Shown here: piece by piece, positions 7,606 through 12,544 of the stretch
How the letters are laid out: each line of letters opens with the position of its first letter
Numbering within the stretch: the stretch's first letter is position 1
From: a virus
Virus genome (UHGV): UHGV-0329897
DNA: 12,544 nucleotides
Reading direction: 5' to 3' (one strand)
Position numbers and translations under genes: made by a program
Notes under the pieces: generated by a model
The model's input: only the letters and a program-made list of their open reading frames with translations
Told to the model about the DNA's origin: nothing
The model's database searches: none

Positions 7606-8046
7606 ATGAAAAAACTAACCTTTGAAATTCGATCTCCAGCACATCAGCAGAACGCCATTCAAGCTATCCAGCAAATCCTTCCAGACCCAACCAAACCAAT
7701 CGTAGTAACCATTCAGGAACGCAACCGCAGCTTAGACCAGAATCGAAAGCTTTGGGCTTGCCTTGGTGACGTCTCTCGTCAGGTTGAATGGCATGGTCGC
7801 TGGCTGGATGCAGAAAGCTGGAAGTGCGTTTTTACAGCAGCATTAAAGCAGCAGGACGTTGTTCCTAACCTTGCCGGGAATGGCTTTGTGGTAATAGGCC
7901 AGTCAACCAGCAGGATGCGTGTAAGCGAATTTGCGGAGCTATTAGAGCTTATACAGGCATTCGGTACAGAGCGTGGCGTTAAGTGGTCAGACGAAGCGCG
8001 ACTAGCTCTCGAATGGAAAGCGCGATGGGGAGATCGGGCTGCATGA
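7606..8046 (+). CDS. ninB: NinB (Orf-family recombination mediator), 146 aa
   Basis: ATG at 7606 with SD GAGGGAAG gives MKKLTFEIRSPAHQQNAIQAIQQILPDPTKPIVVTIQERNRSLDQNRKLWACLGD... The track start at 7588 is a TTG. Confidence 0.9.
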   Translation: MKKLTFEIRSPAHQQNAIQAIQQILPDPTKPIVVTIQERNRSLDQNRKLWACLGDVSRQVEWHGRWLDAESWKCVFTAALKQQDVVPNLAGNGFVVIGQSTSRMRVSEFAELLELIQAFGTERGVKWSDEARLALEWKARWGDRAA

Positions 8047-8570
8047 CTATCAAATCAAATACGCCAGCACACGACAAGGACTGCTGGCAAACGCCGCTTT
8101 GGCTTTTTGATGCACTGGATATTGAGTTTGGATTCTGGCTGGATTCGGCAGCGAGCGACAAAAATGCTCTGTGCGCTCACTGGTTAACTGAGGCCGACGA
8201 CGCGCTAAATTCTGAGTGGATAAGCCACGGTGCAATCTGGAATAACCCACCGTACAGCAATATCAGGCCGTGGGTGGAAAAAGCCGCTGAGCAGTGCATA
8301 CAACAGCGACAGACGGTAGTGATGCTTGTGCCAGAGGATATGTCTGTCGGATGGTTCAGCAAGGCTCTGGAGAGTATTGACGAAGTTCGCATCATCACTG
8401 ATGGACGGATTAATTTTATCGAACCATCGACAGGGCTGGAGAAGAAGGGAAACAGCAAAGGTTCCATGCTGCTGATTTGGCGACCGTTCATCAGTCCTCG
8501 ACGGATGTTTACTACCGTATCCAAAGCGGCATTGATGGCGATCGGGCAGGGCGTCAGGAGGGCTGCATGA
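8043..8570 (+). CDS. Phage orphan DNA N6-adenine methyltransferase (phage T1 Dam-like family), 175 aa
   Basis: ATG at 8043 overlaps the ninB stop (ATGA). Contains the N-terminal DxxCWQTP motif and the NPPY catalytic motif (WNNPPYSN), occupying the slot where lambda has ninC. No adjacent restriction endonuclease gene. Confidence 0.8.
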   Translation: MTIKSNTPAHDKDCWQTPLWLFDALDIEFGFWLDSAASDKNALCAHWLTEADDALNSEWISHGAIWNNPPYSNIRPWVEKAAEQCIQQRQTVVMLVPEDMSVGWFSKALESIDEVRIITDGRINFIEPSTGLEKKGNSKGSMLLIWRPFISPRRMFTTVSKAALMAIGQGVRRAA

Positions 8571-8743
8571 GACGACAGCGGCGAAGTTTCACCGACATCA
8601 TCTGCGAAAACTGCAAATACCTTCCAACGAAACGCTCCAGAAATAAACGCAAGCCAATCCCAAAAGAATCTGACGTAAAAACCTTCAACTACACGGCTCA
8701 CCTGTGGGATATCCGGTGGCTAAGACATCGTGCGAGGAAATGA
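8567..8743 (+). CDS. ninE: NinE (58 aa)
   Basis: ATG at 8567 overlaps the methyltransferase stop; translation [58 protein letters not shown]. The track ORF starts at an upstream alternative codon. Confidence 0.8.
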   Translation: MRRQRRSFTDIICENCKYLPTKRSRNKRKPIPKESDVKTFNYTAHLWDIRWLRHRARK

Positions 8744-9087
8744 CAATGGATTATTCACAGTTAAGTGATTTTGAAATTAACCGAATGGTAGGAGACATAA
8801 TTTTTAAAGGCCTTTGGGCATGTAAGCCTGAAACATCAGGGAATAACACCAACAAATGGTATTACGGAAATGCCGATGTAAGTCTTGAGCCATTAAACCC
8901 TTTGCCTGACTACTGCAATGATCCGAGCGCTTCATGGCCGATTATTGAGAAATACAGGATTTCTATCTTAGACCAGTTAACTGAATGGTGTGTGGATGCA
9001 AAAGGCGTAAGCCCAATATTTGATACCAGACCTCTCCGCGCCGCCATGATTGTCTTTCTCCTGATGCAGGAGGCCAATAATGCTTAG
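8740..9087 (+). CDS. Hypothetical nin-region protein (115 aa), function unknown
   Basis: ATG at 8740 overlaps the ninE stop (ATGA), with a second ATG at 8746 and GAGGAAA upstream. Translation [36 protein letters not shown]...; no motif I can assign. Confidence 0.6.
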   Translation: MTMDYSQLSDFEINRMVGDIIFKGLWACKPETSGNNTNKWYYGNADVSLEPLNPLPDYCNDPSASWPIIEKYRISILDQLTEWCVDAKGVSPIFDTRPLRAAMIVFLLMQEANNA

Positions 9088-9274
9088 CCCATCTCAATCC
9101 CTTCAATACCTGAAAGGAAGCATAGAGCGGGCTTCAATGTGCACAGAGTGGATTCTATCTAGGTTTAGCGCATACAGAAGATTGCCGGTAAAGGGCATGC
9201 CAAGCAAGTCGATGCTGCATATGCAAAAGAATGCGCGCTGGAAGGTATGGCGAGAACACAGGTTATCTGGCTGA
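9080..9274 (+). CDS. NinF-like N-terminus (about 18 codons) running out of frame into ybcO-like 3' sequence; likely a chimeric product
   Basis: Strong SD AGGAGG 7 nt before the ATG at 9080. The first residues [18 protein letters not shown] resemble NinF; the remainder is R/K/W/H-rich, as expected for wrong-frame translation of the ybcO-like remnant. Confidence 0.4.
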   Translation: MLSPSQSLQYLKGSIERASMCTEWILSRFSAYRRLPVKGMPSKSMLHMQKNARWKVWREHRLSG

Positions 9275-9297
9275 AAGAGGGGGTTATTAAGGCGTGA
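9169..9297 (+). pseudogene. 3' remnant of a ybcO-like gene (rusA-upstream gene) lacking a start codon
   Basis: This frame reads [42 protein letters not shown] and stops overlapping the rusA GTG start (GTGA), but has stops at 9160 and 9166 and no start codon. The C-terminus matches my recollection of DLP12 YbcO. Confidence 0.4.
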
Positions 9298-9656
9298 ATA
9301 CCTACAGCATCACATTACCCTGGCCTCCGAGCAATAATCGCTATTACCGCCATAATCGCGGGCGCACGCACGTCAGCGCAGAGGGGCAGGCATACCGCGA
9401 TAACGTCGCCCGAATCATTAAAAACGCAATGCTGGATATCGGCCTGGCTATGCCTGTGAAAATCCGCATTGAGTGCCACATGCCGGATCGCCGTCGCCGT
9501 GACCTGGATAATCTGCAAAAAGCCGCTTTTGACGCACTCACTAAAGCAGGTTTCTGGCTGGATGATGCTCAGGTCGTTGATTACCGCGTTGTGAAGATGC
9601 CTGTTACCAAAGGTGGGAGGCTGGAACTGACCATCACCGAAATGGGGAATGAATGA
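9294..9656 (+). CDS. rusA: RusA Holliday-junction resolvase (120 aa)
   Basis: GTG start at 9294; [120 protein letters not shown] matches RusA of prophage DLP12 as I recall it. Confidence 0.95.
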   Translation: MNTYSITLPWPPSNNRYYRHNRGRTHVSAEGQAYRDNVARIIKNAMLDIGLAMPVKIRIECHMPDRRRRDLDNLQKAAFDALTKAGFWLDDAQVVDYRVVKMPVTKGGRLELTITEMGNE

Positions 9657-9793
9657 TGTTTGAGTTTAATATGGCAGAACTTCTTCGCCACCGCTGGGGG
9701 CGTCTGCGCTTATATCGTTTCCCCGGTTCTGTTTTGACCGATTACCGAATACTGAAGAATTACGCCAAAACCCTGACAGGAGCAGGAGTATGA
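9653..9793 (+). CDS. ylcG: YlcG-like small protein (46 aa)
   Basis: ATGATG at 9653 overlaps the rusA stop; hand translation [46 protein letters not shown], stop 9791-9793. Below the ORF-track size cutoff. Confidence 0.7.
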   Translation: MMFEFNMAELLRHRWGRLRLYRFPGSVLTDYRILKNYAKTLTGAGV

Positions 9794-9878
9794 AGTCAGA
9801 GATAACAATCAACTAATACTGTTTTGTTGATTTTTGCTTGTAATTGGCGTTCTGGTCTGATTTTTGTGGAGTAAGTTG

Positions 9879-10262
9879 ATGCGTGATATTCAGATGGTTC
9901 TTGAGCGTTGGGGAGCGTGGGCGGCTAATAATCATGAAGATGTGACCTGGTCGTCCATTGCCGCCGGTTTTAAGGGATTAATTACTTCAAAAGTAAAATC
10001 TCGCCCGCAATGTTGTGACGATGACGCGATGATTATTTGCGGGTGCATGGCCCGTCTGAAAAAGAACAACAGCGATTTGCACGATTTATTAGTAGATTAT
10101 TATGTAGTCGGTATGACATTCATGTCACTGGCAGGTAAGCATTGCTGCTCTGATGGTTATATCGGGAAAAGGTTACAGAAGGCTGAGGGCATAATTGAAG
10201 GGATGTTAATGGCATTAGATATCCGGTTAGAGATGGATATCGTTGTTAATAACTCTAATTAA
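9879..10262 (+). CDS. quuD: Q-type late-gene antiterminator QuuD (127 aa)
   Basis: ATG at 9879 gives [71 protein letters not shown]..., matching DLP12 QuuD as I recall it. The track ORF starts at an upstream GTG. Confidence 0.85.
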   Translation: MRDIQMVLERWGAWAANNHEDVTWSSIAAGFKGLITSKVKSRPQCCDDDAMIICGCMARLKKNNSDLHDLLVDYYVVGMTFMSLAGKHCCSDGYIGKRLQKAEGIIEGMLMALDIRLEMDIVVNNSN

Positions 10263-10450
10263 TATGCCAATTGTTTACTAAAAATTATTAAAAATGGGGC
10301 GTTGCAACGCCCCCAAAAATAAAGGGTAATATATAACAGAAGGTTTATATAGTTAGAAGCAAGGTTGTGCTCCTAAAGGAAGTGGCTTGAGGGAGCCACT
10401 TATATGTTGGGGAGGCAAAGCCTCCCGCAACATATCTTTTAGTAATCAAA
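10263..10450. promoter_or_regulatory. Late regulatory region downstream of Q (expected PR'/qut) with convergent hairpin terminators
   Basis: Hairpins at 10296-10313 (ggggcgttg/caacgcccc, U-tract on the minus strand), 10380-10401 (aagtggct/agccactt) and 10402-10435 (about 15-bp bulged stem followed by CTTTT on the plus strand). They lie between the convergent quuD and nmpC stops. Exact PR' hexamers not assigned. Confidence 0.45.
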
Positions 10451-11533
10451 TTAGAACTGGTAAACCATACCTACAGCAACGATATCATCGGTAGCAACGC
10501 CAGATGCTTTCGTGAAATCGCTCTTATCAATCAGGTTGATTTTGTAATCAACAAAAGTGGACATATTTTTGTTGAAGTAATAGGTTGCACCTACATCAAT
10601 ATATTCAACCAGGTCCTGATCACCCCACGCACCCAAGTCTTTTCCTTTAGATTGCAGGTAAGCAACGGACGGACGCAGACCGAAGTCGAACTGATATTGT
10701 GCAACTACTTCGAAGTTTTGTGCTTTGTTGGCAATATGGTTATTACCAAAAACAGTCATGTTCTGGGTTTCAGAATAGGTGGTAGCCAGATAGATGTTGT
10801 TCGCATCATATTTCAGACCAGCTGCCCATACTTCAGCATTTTGACCAGATGCATTCAGGCTGTTGTTACCGTAGATAACCTGATTATTAGTGCGGTCAGA
10901 TTTAGCATAGGTTGCACCTACACCGAATCCTTCATACTCATAAGTAGTGGAGAAACCGAAACCATCACCATTAGCTTCAGTTACGTCAGTGCGGTCATTT
11001 TTACCCTGATACTGAGCAGCAAAGTTCAGACCATCAACCAGACCAAAGAAGTCGTTGTTACGATAAGTTGCAACACCAGTGGTGCGACCAGTCATGAACA
11101 CATCTGTTTGGGTCCAGGTATCGCCACCGAATTCTGGCAGAACGTCAGTCCACGCACCGATGTCGTATGCTACACCGTAGTTACGGCCGTAATCGATTGA
11201 GCCGTAGTCACCGAATTTCAGGCCTGCAAATGCAAGACGGGTTTTGTCTTTGGAGGAACCTTGAGATTCAGCGCGGTTGCCTTTGAATTCATATTCCCAC
11301 TGACCGAAACCAGTCAGTTGATCGTTGATTTGGGTTTCACCTTTGAAGCCAAGACGGGCATAAGTAGTATCACCATCATCTGCATCATTAGAGGAGAAGT
11401 AGTGCTTAGCATTAACTTTCCCGTACAGATCCAGCTTGTTACTGTCTTTATTATAAATTTCAGCTGCCTGAGCAGACATCGCCATCAGTACTGATGCAGC
11501 TACAGCAGAAATTGCCACTGTTAATTTTTTCAT
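10451..11533 (-). CDS. nmpC: Outer-membrane general porin, NmpC/OmpD-type (360-aa precursor)
   Basis: ATG at 11533 with SD AAGGG; signal peptide [23 protein letters not shown] then AEIYNKD...; C-terminal beta-barrel signature ending ...VAVGMVYQF. Uninterrupted reading frame. The track start at 11593 is an upstream alternative start. Confidence 0.9.
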   Translation of the reverse strand: MKKLTVAISAVAASVLMAMSAQAAEIYNKDSNKLDLYGKVNAKHYFSSNDADDGDTTYARLGFKGETQINDQLTGFGQWEYEFKGNRAESQGSSKDKTRLAFAGLKFGDYGSIDYGRNYGVAYDIGAWTDVLPEFGGDTWTQTDVFMTGRTTGVATYRNNDFFGLVDGLNFAAQYQGKNDRTDVTEANGDGFGFSTTYEYEGFGVGATYAKSDRTNNQVIYGNNSLNASGQNAEVWAAGLKYDANNIYLATTYSETQNMTVFGNNHIANKAQNFEVVAQYQFDFGLRPSVAYLQSKGKDLGAWGDQDLVEYIDVGATYYFNKNMSTFVDYKINLIDKSDFTKASGVATDDIVAVGMVYQF

Positions 11534-11960
11534 CGTGAGCCCTTTTTTTGAACTATTATTAAAAAATGATGTCACTGCGCGATAAATATTCATCTAATCA
11601 ATGTGATTATTTCAAGATGTAAGTTTTGGTTTCTCATTTGATTTGTGAAGTAGATCTCTATTTTTATCTGAACTTTTTCTATCGAATCCTATTCATGGCT
11701 CTTGGCTGAATAAAAATAAATCTATTAGCCAATTTATATTAATGGCTGTTATTTATAAGTGCTCTATAATTTGAAGGTTCAATTTAAATCGGCTAAAAAT
11801 AACGCTGGAAATTATTTGTTGGTTATTTGTTGAGATTTTCTTATGTATTTGTAGTGGTGTTTTCAATACTCGGTAGCATTCTCGCAAATATCATTTAGTG
11901 GTTTACGTACGTAAAAAATTGGTTATGCTGTTAAGAGTGGTTACTTCGTCACACAGCTTA

Positions 11961-11985
11961 AACCCGCCACTGAGCGGGTTTTTTG
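11961..11985 (+). terminator. Orphan intrinsic terminator in the nmpC upstream region
   Basis: 7-bp stem aacccgc/gcgggtt with a 6-nt loop followed by T6 on the plus strand; no plus-strand ORF precedes it. Confidence 0.45.
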
Positions 11986-12106
11986 TACCTGTAAACTTGG
12001 TGCAGTACAGTAAACACGCTGGTGGTCGTGAATACTGACTTTTTATCTTGCTGGCTTTTTAGACAAGAGTTATTGGTATGTCATGTTAACCAGAAGGGAA
12101 AAAGAC

Positions 12107-12304
12107 ATGCTAAAACAGCAAGATATGACCGAAACCGCCAGAGTGGTGTTTAATGAATTGAGCGTCACCGAACCGGCGACTGTCGGGGAAATTGCGCAGA
12201 ATACTTACCTTTCACGTGAACGCTGCCAGTTAATACTGACTCAGCTTGTTATGGCGGGTCTGGCAGATTATCAGTTCGGTTGTTACAGACGCCTTCAGCC
12301 CTGA
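12107..12304 (+). CDS. Small putative winged-helix DNA-binding protein (65 aa; alternative start at 12083 gives 73 aa)
   Basis: ATG at 12107 preceded by AAGGGA at 7-nt spacing. The pattern ...ATVGEIAQNTYLSRERCQLILTQLVMAGLADY resembles wHTH regulators of the IclR/MarR/TrmB type. Stop is embedded in a terminator hairpin. Confidence 0.5.
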   Translation: MLKQQDMTETARVVFNELSVTEPATVGEIAQNTYLSRERCQLILTQLVMAGLADYQFGCYRRLQP

Positions 12305-12316
12305 AGGCTTTTTTAT
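12291..12316 (+). terminator. Intrinsic terminator after the small wHTH ORF
   Basis: Stem gccttca/tgaaggc with loop gccc, followed by TTTTTTATTT. Confidence 0.55.
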
Positions 12317-12454
12317 TTGTGGTAATGGGCGGCTGGTGGGTGTTAGCGGCACCTGCCAGCCATCTGCTCATGCGTTGGGGTCACAAGCAAACCTCAGGCC
12401 CATCTGCTTTGCGCAAAAGCAGAATGAGCCTATCAGAGACAGGCTTAATGATCC

Positions 12455-12544
12455 ATGCTTAATACTGTAAAAATATCCAGTTGTGAGTTAATCAACGCCG
12501 ACTGCCTGGAATTTATCCGGTCGTTACCCGAAAATTCTGTTGAC
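12455..12544 (+). CDS. 5' end (30 codons) of a DNA methyltransferase (N6-adenine/N4-cytosine class), truncated by the window edge
   Basis: ATG at 12455; MLNTVKISSCELINADCLEFIRSLPENSVD is the typical N-terminus of PF01555-type methyltransferases, which usually continues ...LIxTDPPY. The rest lies outside the window. Confidence 0.5.
   Translation, partial: MLNTVKISSCELINADCLEFIRSLPENSVD

Noticed and set aside
7979-8701. Minus-strand ORFs (60, 66, 174 aa) antisense to the methyltransferase and ninE
   Set aside because: Antisense to a translationally coupled operon with no promoter or SD context; translations are Arg/Ser/Cys-rich as expected for GC-rich antisense frames.
9315-9541. Minus-strand ORFs antisense to rusA
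   Set aside because: Shadow ORFs within the well-supported rusA reading frame.
10652-11494. Plus-strand ORFs (182 and 77 aa) inside nmpC
   Set aside because: Antisense to the porin gene; no signal of independent expression.
12246-12470. 74-aa and 60-aa plus-strand ORFs between the wHTH gene and the methyltransferase start
   Set aside because: They begin inside the wHTH ORF or its terminator, lack an SD, and run in frames that conflict with the better-supported methyltransferase start at 12455.

Overview
This window reads as a segment of a lambdoid (phage lambda-type) prophage, most likely in an enterobacterial host. Left to right: a truncated gam, then kil, cIII, ea10, ral, sieB and N of the leftward pL operon; nutL and pL/oL1-3; a two-gene cargo operon in the slot where lambda carries rexA-rexB; cI; oR/pR/pRM; cro; nutR/tR1; cII with antisense oop RNA; O with ori-lambda iterons; P; ren; tR2; then a mosaic nin region (ninB, a Dam-like N6-adenine methyltransferase, ninE, a hypothetical ORF, a ninF'-'ybcO junction, rusA, ylcG) and the quuD Q-antiterminator. 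Downstream, an nmpC-type porin gene sits on the opposite strand, followed by a small winged-helix ORF and the first 30 codons of a second DNA methyltransferase at the window edge. The main candidate for an undescribed system is the cI-adjacent two-gene operon (2843..4149, minus strand): it is translationally coupled, terminator-bounded, AT-rich, and I cannot place either protein in a named family. All identifications rest on reading the translations and motifs against remembered lambda and DLP12 sequences; no database search was run. The ORF track appears to accept GTG/TTG starts written as M, so several coordinates were re-derived by hand.
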